In this document: in pieces, positions 37,274-46,614 of the stretch
Layout: each line of letters starts with the position of its first letter
Numbering within the stretch: the stretch's first letter is position 1
Source of the DNA: an uncultured Armatimonadetes bacterium
GTDB taxonomy: Bacteria > Armatimonadota > Hebobacteria > Hebobacterales > Hebobacteraceae
DNA: 64,000 nt
Direction of reading: 5' to 3'
Assembly: GCA_963716175.1 (NCBI GenBank)
Contig: OY970296.1
Span: 896,001-960,000, forward strand
Made by a program: the position numbers and the translations under genes
The notes under the pieces: generated by a model
Told to the model about the DNA's origin: nothing
The model's input: the letters and a program-made list of their open reading frames with translations, nothing else
Database searches by the model: none

Positions 37274-38398
37274 ATGCGAGTTCACGCTCAAGCGCTTCTC
37301 GGGCTGGCGCTGCTGCTTCTGGGTGCAGCAGCAGCGCGCGGGCAGCAGAGCGAATACCGGTCGGGGGCAACGCAATCCACCAATGAAGGCATAGCCACTC
37401 CGGTAAGGTATGATTGCCTTGAGTTGCTGAGCGTGACCGCGCAGCTCATGACGCCGGGACTGCCACGTGACAAGTCTCTGCTCGCAGGCGGGGACGAAAG
37501 CGCCTTGGAGGTTGTCCGAGGCTTGGCGCGCCGCTACACAGTGGTCCTTGTCAAGCTTGAAGCGAAGGGGGTCCCTGCCACCTTTCTGATGTCCAGGTGG
37601 CAGCTGGTGGCCGGGAAGAACACGCTTGACCAAGTTACCCGGATTGACGACCTAGGCGTGATGCCTCCCCTGAGCAAGAACTTGCAGGCAGGCACTGAGC
37701 TGCTTGGATTCCTATGCTATCCCAAAGCGGAATTGGGCAATGTCGACGTCGTGCTGGTCGCGCCCGAGGGCACTATACGTGAGGAGAGCTCGGGCCTCTC
37801 GGCAGTCCATTTCGTGCTCACAGGACCCAGGCCCCGGGCGCTAACTCCGCTCGATATAAGGCGCGAGCAACGGGAGTCCGATACACCATTGTTCCGTCCC
37901 GGCGAAACTGTCACGCCCGCCAAGCGCGGCAGCGGGGTTGTGAAGACACGGGTTACAGTGGTGGGACAGCCGCTCAGCGGAGTGTGGATGCTCCTCGCCC
38001 CCTTTGACTATCGCGACGACATGGACCGTGCGGAGGAGTTCTACCGAAGCATGGGCCTGTCCCTTCAGGAGGTTATGGACTCGGCCCTTGCAGGTTTCTC
38101 CGGCGCTTATCACCGGAAGGCGACGGATGCCAAGGCCGCCGGAGCTTTGTCGGAATTCCGCCTGGACCGAGCTGGGGAAGCGAACGTCGAAATGGGCGCC
38201 GGGCAGTACTGGCTTTCGGTTGCTCTGGAGCACCGCAAACACTCCCTGGAGAGTCCGTCGGGTGCACACCGTCCGAGCCACTACACCGCGCGCGATGGGA
38301 AGACCTACTGTTGGAACGTCCGTGTCGTGATCGAAGCGGGTAAGATGACGAGTGTCGTGCTGGATGAGGCGAATGCCATGCTTGTTCCAGGGAAATGA
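37274..38398 (+). CDS. Hypothetical exported protein
   Basis: RBS GGAGG, signal peptide MRVHAQALLGLALLLLGAAAARG, atypical codon usage, no recognised motif. Confidence 0.7.
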   Translation: MRVHAQALLGLALLLLGAAAARGQQSEYRSGATQSTNEGIATPVRYDCLELLSVTAQLMTPGLPRDKSLLAGGDESALEVVRGLARRYTVVLVKLEAKGVPATFLMSRWQLVAGKNTLDQVTRIDDLGVMPPLSKNLQAGTELLGFLCYPKAELGNVDVVLVAPEGTIREESSGLSAVHFVLTGPRPRALTPLDIRREQRESDTPLFRPGETVTPAKRGSGVVKTRVTVVGQPLSGVWMLLAPFDYRDDMDRAEEFYRSMGLSLQEVMDSALAGFSGAYHRKATDAKAAGALSEFRLDRAGEANVEMGAGQYWLSVALEHRKHSLESPSGAHRPSHYTARDGKTYCWNVRVVIEAGKMTSVVLDEANAMLVPGK

Positions 38399-38588
38399 AC
38401 AAGAGTCACGGCCCTAGCTTACCGTCGTGCCCATTCCGCAGGAAGCCTGCCCCTGCCATTCCTTTTGAAGGCTGGCCTAGCCTCGTCACGCTCTGCGCTG
38501 GGCATTGAGACGGGCCGGAAGGCTCGTCTGCACCGAGCTTGCGCAAGCTGGGAGATCGTCCGATCCGAGTAGATGGGAGGTCAGGCAC

Positions 38589-39347
38589 ATGTGCCAATTG
38601 CTGGGCATCTCCTCTAACCGGGAAGTGGATCTTGCCTTTTCCCTTCGCGAATGGCGCCACCGCGGGTGTAGCAATCCGGATGGGTACGGATTCGCCTATT
38701 GGGACACGGCTCAGCTCTACATCATCAAGCGTGCTCGCGACCTTTGGGGAGAGAATGCCGAGCGCCTAGACGAAGTCAGGTCAAAACGTAGCCGCACGTT
38801 CCTATGCCATGTGAGGCTCGGATCAGTAGGTGAGCAGGACGGTAGGAATACGCATCCGTTCAAGCGCGTGCTCGATGGACGTCACTTCGCGTTCGCCCAC
38901 AATGGTACTCTCTGCGGGTACCGAGAGCAGTTGCAGCTGAGGCAACTGTCTCCCGAAGGCGATACGGATTCCGAATACGCTTTTCTGTGGCTGCTCGAAC
39001 AGCTATCGGGCGTAGCTGCCGAAAGCTTTTCTGTGCAGCTTCAGTACCTTGCGGACAAGGTCCAGCGATTCGGGAGGTTCAACTTCTTGCTGAGCGACGG
39101 CACAACACTATGGGCCTATGCCGACAATGCCTTGCACTTCATAGAGCGGAGGCCTCCGTACGGAGGCGAGTTGGTGCGCCTACTGCAGGAAGGGTACACT
39201 GTTGCTCTCTCGGACGTAAAGAAGTCCGATGAAAGGGCCATTCTGGTGGCGACCTGCCCGCTCACTGATGAGTCAGGTTGGGAGGGCCTAGGAGTTCGCG
39301 AACTGCTGGTGATCCGCGATGGACAGGTCTGCGAAAGGCTTCGCTAG
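38589..39347 (+). CDS. Class II glutamine amidotransferase (YafJ/EgtC-like)
   Basis: N-terminal MCQLLG (Cys2 nucleophile), NPDGYG, HVR, NTHPF, FAHNG, GDTDSE, NFLLSDG. Confidence 0.93.
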   Translation: MCQLLGISSNREVDLAFSLREWRHRGCSNPDGYGFAYWDTAQLYIIKRARDLWGENAERLDEVRSKRSRTFLCHVRLGSVGEQDGRNTHPFKRVLDGRHFAFAHNGTLCGYREQLQLRQLSPEGDTDSEYAFLWLLEQLSGVAAESFSVQLQYLADKVQRFGRFNFLLSDGTTLWAYADNALHFIERRPPYGGELVRLLQEGYTVALSDVKKSDERAILVATCPLTDESGWEGLGVRELLVIRDGQVCERLR

Positions 39348-39396
39348 CAACCACTTGGGCAGGAGACACGCTCCTGCCCCACGAACTTGCCAATTC

Positions 39397-39515
39397 TGTC
39401 ATCCTGAGCATGGCGAAGGATCACGCTGTGTTCTGTTCCGGCGCCGAACAGCTTGAACGGCGGGGTCCCTTCGACTCTGCTCAGGGCAGGTCTTCGGCTT
39501 CGCCTCAGGATGACA
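39397..39515. repeat. TGTCATCCTGAG...CTCAGGATGACA palindromic repeat with a nested CCTTCGACTCTGCTCAGGGCAGG unit
   Basis: 12-bp perfect terminal inverted repeat; the nested unit resembles CTTCGATTCCGCTCAGGGTAAA at about 21814-21835. Confidence 0.7.
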
Positions 39516-39540
39516 AGAGAACGGCCAGCGGCAGGAGAAT

Positions 39541-40428
39541 ATGACCCGCGTCATCCTCCAGACCGACCTCCCCTCCATCCCCCTCCTCGCCCGCGGCAAG
39601 GTCCGCGACATCTACGATCTGGGCGAGCGGCTCCTGATCGTGGCCACCGACCGCATCTCCGCCTTCGATGTGGTGATGCCCAACGGCATTCCGGACAAGG
39701 GGCGGGTGCTGACCGCTATGTCCCTGTTCTGGTTTGAGTTCACCAAGGACCTCGTCGAGAACCACCTGATCACCGCGGATGTCGCCCAGTACCCCTCTCC
39801 CCTGCAGCCTCACTCGGATCTGCTGGCAGGCCGCAGCATGCTGGTGAAGCGCGCCAAGGTGGTGCCGATCGAGTGCGTCGTGCGCGGCTACCTCGCAGGC
39901 TCGGGATGGAAGGAATACCAGGAGAAGGGCACGGTGTGCGAGATCGCGCTGCCCCTGGGCCTCCGCGAAAGCGACAAGCTGCCCCTGCCCATCTTCACCC
40001 CGGCCACCAAGGCCGAATCCGGCCACGACATCAACATTCCCCCTGAGCAGGCCTCCCGCATGGTCGGGCACGCCACCTATCACCGCCTGGAATCGCTCAG
40101 CCTCGCGGTCTACCAGCGCGCGGCCGACTACGCCCGCGATCGCGGCATCATCATCGCCGACACCAAGTTCGAGCTGGGCCGGCACGAAGGCCGCCTGATC
40201 CTGGTGGATGAAGTGCTCACCCCCGACTCCTCCCGCTTTTGGCCCCTGGACGACTACCGGCCCGGCCGCTCCCAGCAGAGCTTCGACAAGCAGCCGGTGC
40301 GAGACTACCTGGAGGGGCAGGGCTGGGACAAGCAGCCGCCCGCGCCGCAGCTGCCGACGGAGGTGGTGAAGGGGACGCGCAAGCGGTATGTGGAAGCTCT
40401 GCAGATGCTGACGGGGAAGACTCTGTAG
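39541..40428 (+). CDS. purC: SAICAR synthase
   Basis: GKVRDIY, TDRISAFD, ECVVRGYL, IIADTKFE, DEVLTPDSSRFW, SFDKQ. Confidence 0.98.
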   Translation: MTRVILQTDLPSIPLLARGKVRDIYDLGERLLIVATDRISAFDVVMPNGIPDKGRVLTAMSLFWFEFTKDLVENHLITADVAQYPSPLQPHSDLLAGRSMLVKRAKVVPIECVVRGYLAGSGWKEYQEKGTVCEIALPLGLRESDKLPLPIFTPATKAESGHDINIPPEQASRMVGHATYHRLESLSLAVYQRAADYARDRGIIIADTKFELGRHEGRLILVDEVLTPDSSRFWPLDDYRPGRSQQSFDKQPVRDYLEGQGWDKQPPAPQLPTEVVKGTRKRYVEALQMLTGKTL

Positions 40429-40516
40429 GGCGGGCGTTCCCACGCCCACCCTACAGTGGCAGGAGGCAAGCCTACTCCGCCGAAGTAGCTGAAGCTCCTT
40501 CGGCTACGAAGGCTAG
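40425..40516. repeat. GTAG REP hairpin plus CCGCCGAAG-type palindrome
   Basis: GTAGGGCGGGCGT-TCCC-ACGCCCACCCTAC supplies the purC stop; followed by CCGCCGAAGTAGC...TTCGGCTACGAAGGC. Confidence 0.6.
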
Positions 40517-40594
40517 AAGCTCCTGTCCAACGAACCTCTATTCAACCCCGTAGGGCAGGGCTCGCGATTCCGCGCAACACGGAAGGGAGACAGC

Positions 40595-41329
40595 ATGCCC
40601 GAGAAGATCCGCGTCGTCTGCTGGAACGAGTTTCGCCACGAGAAGAGCGATGAGCACATCGGCAAGATCTATCCCAATGGCATGCACGCCGTCATCGCCG
40701 ACCACCTGAACAAGCAGCCCGGCATCGCCGCCAGCCTGGCCTGCCTGGATGATCCGGAGCACGGCCTTACCAAGAAGAGGCTGGCAGAAACCGATGTCCT
40801 GATCTGGTGGGGACACATGGCCCACCACGAGGTGAAGGACGAGATCGTGGACCGCGTCCAGAACCGGGTGCTCGCGGGCATGGGCCTGATCGTGCTTCAC
40901 TCCGGCCACTTCTCCAAGATCTTCCGGCGCATGATGGGCACCGAATGCAACCTCTGGTGGCGGGAGATCAACGAGAAGGCGCGCTACTGGGTGGTGGCCC
41001 CGGATCATCCCATCGCCGCCGGCCTCGGTCCCTATTTCGAGCTGCCGCATGAGGAGATGTACGGCGAGTTCTTCGACATCCCGCCTCCAGACGAACTGGT
41101 CTTGATCGCCTGGTTCGCCGGGGGCGAGGTGTTCCGCGCCGGCTGCTGCTACCACCGGGGACATGGGCGGGTTTTCTACTTCCAGCCGGGCCACGAGACC
41201 TACCCCAACTATAAGGACCAGAATGTCCTCAAGGTGATCACCAACGCCGTGTGTTGGGCGGCGCCCCCCGCGGGTATGGCGCCGCGCGAGTTCGGCAACC
41301 GCGCCGTCCCGCTGGAGAAGCTAAGCTAG
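40595..41329 (+). CDS. thuA: ThuA (trehalose utilisation) family protein
   Basis: [46 protein letters not shown]. Confidence 0.93.
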   Translation: MPEKIRVVCWNEFRHEKSDEHIGKIYPNGMHAVIADHLNKQPGIAASLACLDDPEHGLTKKRLAETDVLIWWGHMAHHEVKDEIVDRVQNRVLAGMGLIVLHSGHFSKIFRRMMGTECNLWWREINEKARYWVVAPDHPIAAGLGPYFELPHEEMYGEFFDIPPPDELVLIAWFAGGEVFRAGCCYHRGHGRVFYFQPGHETYPNYKDQNVLKVITNAVCWAAPPAGMAPREFGNRAVPLEKLS

Positions 41330-41354
41330 CACCAACCGTCCGACGCGAGAGCGA

Positions 41355-41379
41355 GGGGAGTCCGCTCCGCGGACTCCCC
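41355..41379 (+). terminator. GC-rich hairpin after thuA
   Basis: GGGGAGTCCGC-TCC-GCGGACTCCCC, an 11-bp stem with no U-tract. Confidence 0.4.
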
Positions 41380-41467
41380 ATCCGGGCGAATCCGTGTTCA
41401 TCTGCGGTTCAGCCCGGTCCCCCCCTCTGTGGTTCGCTCTCCCTGCTCATGCTATAATCGCCTCAAC

Positions 41468-42670
41468 ATGCAGCCCAGCCAGCCGGTCAACCTCAAACGC
41501 ATCATCATCATCATGGACGGCGCGGCCGACGAGCCGCAGGCCGAGCTGGGCGGCCGGACGCCGCTGCAGGCAGCGCGTAAGCCCCACACGGACGCGGTGG
41601 CGCGGGAGGGGAGGTGCGGCCTGGCGCAAACCATCCCCGATGAGATGGAGCCCGGCAGCGATATCGCCGCGCTCTCCATCCTGGGCTATGATCCTCGCCG
41701 CTACCACACGGGCCGCGCTCCCCTGGAGGCGGCCAGCCTCGACATCCCCATGAACCCCTCCGATGTTGCCTTTCGCGCCAATCTCGTGACCTCCGATGGC
41801 ACCACCATGGTTGACTACTCCGGTGGTGAGATCCCGACCGCGGACGCGCATGTGCTCATCTCCCTGGTGAATCAGCGGCTCTCCACGCACCGGGTGCAGT
41901 TCTACTCCGGGGTGAGCTACCGCCACGTGATGGTATGGCGCGGCGGCTCGGCGGAGGTGAAGACCACCCCACCCCACGACATCATCGGCCAGCCCATCGA
42001 GCCCTACCTCCCCCGAGGCGAGGGCGAGCAGATGCTGCGGCAGCTCATGTTCGACTCTCTCGATCTCCTGGACGGGCACGACATCAACAAGCGCCGCCGC
42101 GACCAGGGTAAACCTCCGGCCAACATGATCTGGCTCTGGGGACAGGGGCGGCCCTGCATCCTGCCCTCTTTCATGCTCCAGCGGGGCGCGATGGGCGCGG
42201 CGATCGCGGCCGTGGACCTGATCCGCGGGGTGGCCAAGTGCGCCGGCCTGGCCGCGCCGGAGGTGCCGGGCGCCACCGGCAATCTCGAGACCGACTTCAG
42301 CGCCAAAGCTCGCGCCGCGCTCGGCGCGCTCGACCGCTACGACTTCGTCCTCGTCCACATCGAGGCCCCGGATGAGGCCGCCCATCAGGGCAGCGCCGAG
42401 CGGAAGGTCTGGGCGATCGAGCAGATTGACCAGAAAGTGGTGGATCCGCTGATGGCGCGGCTACGCGAGCTGCATGGCAGCAAGCTGATGGTGGTCGCCG
42501 ATCACTACACCAAGCTCAGCACCCGCACCCATGCTCGCGAGCCCGTCCCATTCGCCATTTGGGGCGGCGCGCGCGATGCCGCGGAAGCCTTCGACGAGCC
42601 CAACGCCGCTGCCACCGGCCGCTTCCTGGAAGACGGCTGGCGGCTCCCCGACCTCCTCTTCGAGAGCTGA
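41468..42670 (+). CDS. apgM: Cofactor-independent phosphoglycerate mutase (ApgM family)
   Basis: DGAADEP, TPLQAA, PGSD, GRAPLEA, TTPPHDI, HIEAPDEAAH, ADH, HAREPVP; TGCTATAAT 9 nt upstream of the ATG. Confidence 0.9.
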   Translation: MQPSQPVNLKRIIIIMDGAADEPQAELGGRTPLQAARKPHTDAVAREGRCGLAQTIPDEMEPGSDIAALSILGYDPRRYHTGRAPLEAASLDIPMNPSDVAFRANLVTSDGTTMVDYSGGEIPTADAHVLISLVNQRLSTHRVQFYSGVSYRHVMVWRGGSAEVKTTPPHDIIGQPIEPYLPRGEGEQMLRQLMFDSLDLLDGHDINKRRRDQGKPPANMIWLWGQGRPCILPSFMLQRGAMGAAIAAVDLIRGVAKCAGLAAPEVPGATGNLETDFSAKARAALGALDRYDFVLVHIEAPDEAAHQGSAERKVWAIEQIDQKVVDPLMARLRELHGSKLMVVADHYTKLSTRTHAREPVPFAIWGGARDAAEAFDEPNAAATGRFLEDGWRLPDLLFES

Positions 42671-42671
42671 T

Positions 42672-44120
42672 GTGGCCACCTTCCCGGAACGCGTGGCCGC
42701 CACCGTCTCCGCTCACCACATGATCTCACCTGGGCAGGTGGTGCTGGTGGCACTTTCGGGCGGCGCCGACTCCACCGCGCTGCTGCACGCGCTGGCTCAA
42801 CTCCGTGCCAAGCTCGGGTTCCGGCTGGCGGCCTGCCACATCCACCACGGCCTGCGGGGAGCGGAGGCGGACGCGGACGCGGCGCACGCCGCCGCTCAAG
42901 CCCAATCCCATGGCCTCCCGTTCAGCCTCAAGCGGGGCGATGTGCGCGCCCGCACTGGCGGCCGCCGCCTCTCTCTCGAGGCTGCCGCGCGTGAGGTCCG
43001 CTACCAGTTGCTGGAGGAAGCCGCGGGCGAGATGGGAGCAGACCGCATCGCCACCGGCCACACCGCGGATGACCAGGCCGAGACCGTGCTGCTGAACCTG
43101 CTGCGAGGCGCTGGGGCCGGGGGCCTGGCAGGCATGCCGGCAGTGCGCGGCCGCATCATCCGGCCCCTGCTGGAAGTGCGCCGCGCCCAGGCGGAGGCGT
43201 ACTGCATGGCCGAAGACCTGGCGTTCCGGACGGACCGGTCCAACCAGGACCTGCGCTTCACCCGGAACCGTATCCGCCACCGCATCTTGCCGGCGCTGCG
43301 GGAGATCCAGCCCCAGGTGGACGCCGCGCTCTGCCGACTGGCGTGGCTGCTGAGAGAGGAGGATAGCTTTCTGGCGGCCGAGGCGGCACGCCACCTGAAG
43401 GCGATCGGGCTTCGTAGGGCAGGAGCGTGTCTCCTGCCCTTGCCGCCCTTTGCTGAACTGCACCCCGCGCTGCAACGCCGGGTGGCCCGCGCCGCCATCG
43501 CCCAGGTAAAGGGAGACGAGCTGAACCTGGGGCTGGAGCGGGTGGAAGCCCTGGTCAACCTGATGCTCGCCGGCCGCACCGGCGCGCGCATCGAGCTGCC
43601 CGGCCGGGTGCAAGCAGTGCGAAGCTATGGCGAAGTGGTGATCTCCCCTTCTGGAACGGGCAGGTCGAAGCGCGCCCGCCCGGAGCCGACCTGGGACTTG
43701 CCGGTGCCCGGGCAGGTCACAGTGCCTGAGCTCGATATCCGATTCGCGGCCTCCCGCTCGACTGCCAAGCGCCCGCCGCGGGATGCCTTCATCGCGCTGA
43801 TAGACGCCGCCGCGGTCACTCAGCCGCTGCAAATCCGCACCTGGCGGGCTGGTGACCGCTTCATCCCCTACGGCCTGGGCAAGCGGGTGAAGCTCCAGGA
43901 CTTCTTCGTCAACCGCAAGATCCCACGGCACCTGCGGAAGCGAGTGCCCCTGGTGGTATGCGGAGACAGGATCGTGTGGGTGGTGGGCCACCGCCTCAGC
44001 GACGAGTTCAAGGTAACTCCGGACACCCGAAGAACCATTCGCCTGCAGGCCTGCTCCGGCCTGGCCAGCTCACCTGACGGCGCAGGAGGAGACCATGGCG
44101 ACTTCCGCGGAGATCGCTGA
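42672..44120 (+). CDS. tilS: tRNA(Ile)-lysidine synthetase
   Basis: VALSGGADS, HHGLRG, AREVRY, TGHTADDQAET, RPLL, RNRIRH, C-terminal TilS_C domain (KLQDFFVNRKIP, IVWVVG). Confidence 0.96.
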   Translation: MATFPERVAATVSAHHMISPGQVVLVALSGGADSTALLHALAQLRAKLGFRLAACHIHHGLRGAEADADAAHAAAQAQSHGLPFSLKRGDVRARTGGRRLSLEAAAREVRYQLLEEAAGEMGADRIATGHTADDQAETVLLNLLRGAGAGGLAGMPAVRGRIIRPLLEVRRAQAEAYCMAEDLAFRTDRSNQDLRFTRNRIRHRILPALREIQPQVDAALCRLAWLLREEDSFLAAEAARHLKAIGLRRAGACLLPLPPFAELHPALQRRVARAAIAQVKGDELNLGLERVEALVNLMLAGRTGARIELPGRVQAVRSYGEVVISPSGTGRSKRARPEPTWDLPVPGQVTVPELDIRFAASRSTAKRPPRDAFIALIDAAAVTQPLQIRTWRAGDRFIPYGLGKRVKLQDFFVNRKIPRHLRKRVPLVVCGDRIVWVVGHRLSDEFKVTPDTRRTIRLQACSGLASSPDGAGGDHGDFRGDR

Positions 44121-45195
44121 GAAGCAGCGCCGCGTCGACCAGTTCCTGGAGGCCCGGGGTTACGACGGGCTGCTGCTGGCCCGGGTCGAGAACTTCGCCT
44201 GGTTCACTGGAGGCGGCGACAGCCACGTCAGCCTCGCCGCGGAGGCCGGAGTAGGGGCCCTGCTGCTGCGCCGGGATCGCAAGATCCTGATCACGAATAA
44301 TGTCGAGCAGCCCCGCCTCCAGCAGGAGGAACTCGCCGCCCAGGGTTTTGAAGAGGCAGTAGTCCCCTGGTGGCAGGGCTCGCTGCCCCCGCTAGTGGCC
44401 CGCCTGACCCCAGGCGAGAAGATCGCCTCCGACCTCCCCGCTCCCGGTGTCACCGAGTGCGCCGAGGAGATCGCCCGCTTGCGCTGGTCCCTCACCCCGG
44501 AGGAGGTAAGCCGCTACCGCGCTCTGGGCCGAGAGGTGGGCGAGGCCATCGGGAAGGCCTGCATGAGCATCCAGCCAGGCCTGACCGAGCACGAGGCCGC
44601 GGCCGCCCTGGCGGAGGAGCACTTCCGCCGCGGCATTGCTCCCATCGTGGTGCTGGTGGCGGCCGACGAGCGGCTGTCCAAGTACCGCCACCCCATTCCC
44701 ACCGACCAGCCGATCAGGCGTGCGGTGATGCTGGTGGTGTGCGGGCGGAGGCACGGCCTCATCGTCTCCGCCACCCGCCTCGTGCACTTCGGGCCCCCGC
44801 CGGCCGAGCTCGCCGCAAAGCACGCCGCGGTGATGGCGGTGGACGCTGCCTTCATCCTGCACACCCGCCCCGGGGCCCGCATCGGCTACATCTTTCGCAA
44901 GGGCTTAGAGGCCTATGCGGCCCAGGGATACCCCGAAGAGTGGAAGCTTCACCACCAGGGCGGCCCGACCGGCTACGCCGCCCGCGAGTATCGTGCCACG
45001 GCCGAGGTGGACGACCGGGTCGAGCCCTTCCAGGCCTTCGCCTGGAACCCCTCCATCACCGGCACCAAGTCAGAGGATACCATTATCGCCACCCCCGAGG
45101 GCCCTGAGATCATCTCCCTCTCGGCGGGCTTCCCGACCGTGGAGCAGAGGATCGCCGGCTCCTGCATCCCCCGCTCCGATATCCTGGTGCGCTAG
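44095..45195 (+). CDS. M24 family metallopeptidase-like protein
   Basis: Creatinase-like N-terminus, YRHPIPT, HHQGGPTGY, WNPSITGTKSEDT. Confidence 0.85.
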   Translation: MATSAEIAEKQRRVDQFLEARGYDGLLLARVENFAWFTGGGDSHVSLAAEAGVGALLLRRDRKILITNNVEQPRLQQEELAAQGFEEAVVPWWQGSLPPLVARLTPGEKIASDLPAPGVTECAEEIARLRWSLTPEEVSRYRALGREVGEAIGKACMSIQPGLTEHEAAAALAEEHFRRGIAPIVVLVAADERLSKYRHPIPTDQPIRRAVMLVVCGRRHGLIVSATRLVHFGPPPAELAAKHAAVMAVDAAFILHTRPGARIGYIFRKGLEAYAAQGYPEEWKLHHQGGPTGYAAREYRATAEVDDRVEPFQAFAWNPSITGTKSEDTIIATPEGPEIISLSAGFPTVEQRIAGSCIPRSDILVR

Positions 45196-45449
45196 CCTGC
45201 GAGCAGCCTGTCTCGTGGCCAGCAGGCCCCACAATTGGCGATTCTGTACCCAAACTGTGACGACATTATGACAGGCCTGTAGCGAGCCGTGGGCGTACAC
45301 TGGCACAAGAGAGAACCGGACGAAGGGAGGTGAAGCGAGATGGTTCGACCCATGGTGATGTGGTAGTCAGGGGAACGAACTTCTCTGCGCTTGGTTGAGT
45401 CTAAGGCAGCAGTCACATGCCATAAGCGTGCGAAAGGGGCTGAGATAGC

Positions 45450-45854
45450 GTGTCTCGACGACTAGTCCTGTTGATCGCCGTGGTCCTGATCTTGGCTATG
45501 GCAGGCCTGGTCCTGGCCCAGGGCACCGCGGCCAAGGGTCCAGCCGCCAAGGGCGTGGTCACCAAGGCCAAGGCCGCCAAGGCCAAGGCCCCAGCAGCTA
45601 AGGCCAAGATGGCGGCCAAGAGCAAGGGGCGCGCGGCCCGGATGAAGGCCGAAGCCAAGGAGAAGGCAGAGCCCAAGGAGAAGGCCGCAGCCAAGCCCAT
45701 GGCGGCCAAGAAGATGAAGGCCGCAGCCAAGATGAAGAGCAAGGCCGGCGCGGCCAAGATGGAAAAGGGTAAGGCCAAGGGCAAGGCGATGAGGGCCAAG
45801 ACAAAGGCGGGTGCCAAGGCCAAAGCCAAGCCAGCCCAGGAGAAGAAGCCGTAA
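45450..45854 (+). CDS. Exported Lys/Ala-rich low-complexity protein
   Basis: Signal peptide ending VLA-Q, then K/A/M repeats; GCC/AAG codon pattern; RBS AAAGGGG. Confidence 0.8.
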   Translation: MSRRLVLLIAVVLILAMAGLVLAQGTAAKGPAAKGVVTKAKAAKAKAPAAKAKMAAKSKGRAARMKAEAKEKAEPKEKAAAKPMAAKKMKAAAKMKSKAGAAKMEKGKAKGKAMRAKTKAGAKAKAKPAQEKKP

Positions 45855-45956
45855 GCTGACGGCAGCTATTGATGCGGGATCGTTGCCCGCAAAGATGGCC
45901 AGAGACGGGTTCGCCCAAGGCGGACTCGTCTCTCGTTTTTGGTCGGACCGCCAGTG

Positions 45957-46586
45957 CTACCGGCGGCCGCCGCGCCCGGGCTTTCCCGGAAGCAGGGCCT
46001 TCAGGATCTTGTCGCCCACCGCGATCTTGCTCACCACCCCCATGCCCGCGAGAACCTTGCCAAAGGCGGTGAACCCCATCCGGTCCAGGTGGGGCGTATC
46101 CGCCAGGGTGATGTAGAACTGGGTGCTGGCGGAGTTTGGCACCAACTGCCCGCCGCGATAGAGCCGCGCCATCGCGATCGTGCCCTTCACATGCTTGATC
46201 GGCGACTTCTCGTCCGGGATGGTGTACCCTACCGGAGGACGTTTCACCAGCGCTGGGTCCCCGGCCTGGATCACGAATCCCGGCTCGACGCGGTGGAAGG
46301 GCATGCCGTCGTAGAAGCCCGCCTTCACCAGGTTGAGGAAATTGGCCACCGCGATCGGCGCCGCCCTCCCATCTAGCTCCAGTTCGATCTTCCCCTTGGT
46401 GGTGTCTAGCTCAACTCGCACCTTGCCCTGCTGCTTGGCCGCCGCGATCTGGGCCTCAGTGGGAGCGGACACAGGGATGATCCTGGGGGCAGGGGTTCCG
46501 GTCTTGCTTTGACCGCGCGAGGACTGCGCGGCGAGGGCCGAGCTGGTGGTAAGTCCGATCGTCAGCACAAGCAGGAAGCTTCGCAT
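45957..46586 (-). CDS. Exported cyclophilin-type peptidyl-prolyl isomerase
   Basis: Signal peptide, APIAVANF, FYDGMPFHRV, FVIQAGDP, GTIAMAR, SASTQFYI, AFGKV. Confidence 0.95.
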   Translation of the reverse strand: MRSFLLVLTIGLTTSSALAAQSSRGQSKTGTPAPRIIPVSAPTEAQIAAAKQQGKVRVELDTTKGKIELELDGRAAPIAVANFLNLVKAGFYDGMPFHRVEPGFVIQAGDPALVKRPPVGYTIPDEKSPIKHVKGTIAMARLYRGGQLVPNSASTQFYITLADTPHLDRMGFTAFGKVLAGMGVVSKIAVGDKILKALLPGKPGRGGRR

Positions 46587-46614
46587 ACGCCAGTCTCCGC
46601 ACGACGTCAGTCTG

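Noticed and set aside
45413-45829. Hydrophobic Ala/Leu ORF on the minus strand
   Set aside because: It is the antisense image of the GCC/AAG repeats of the Lys/Ala-rich gene, which has a signal peptide and RBS.
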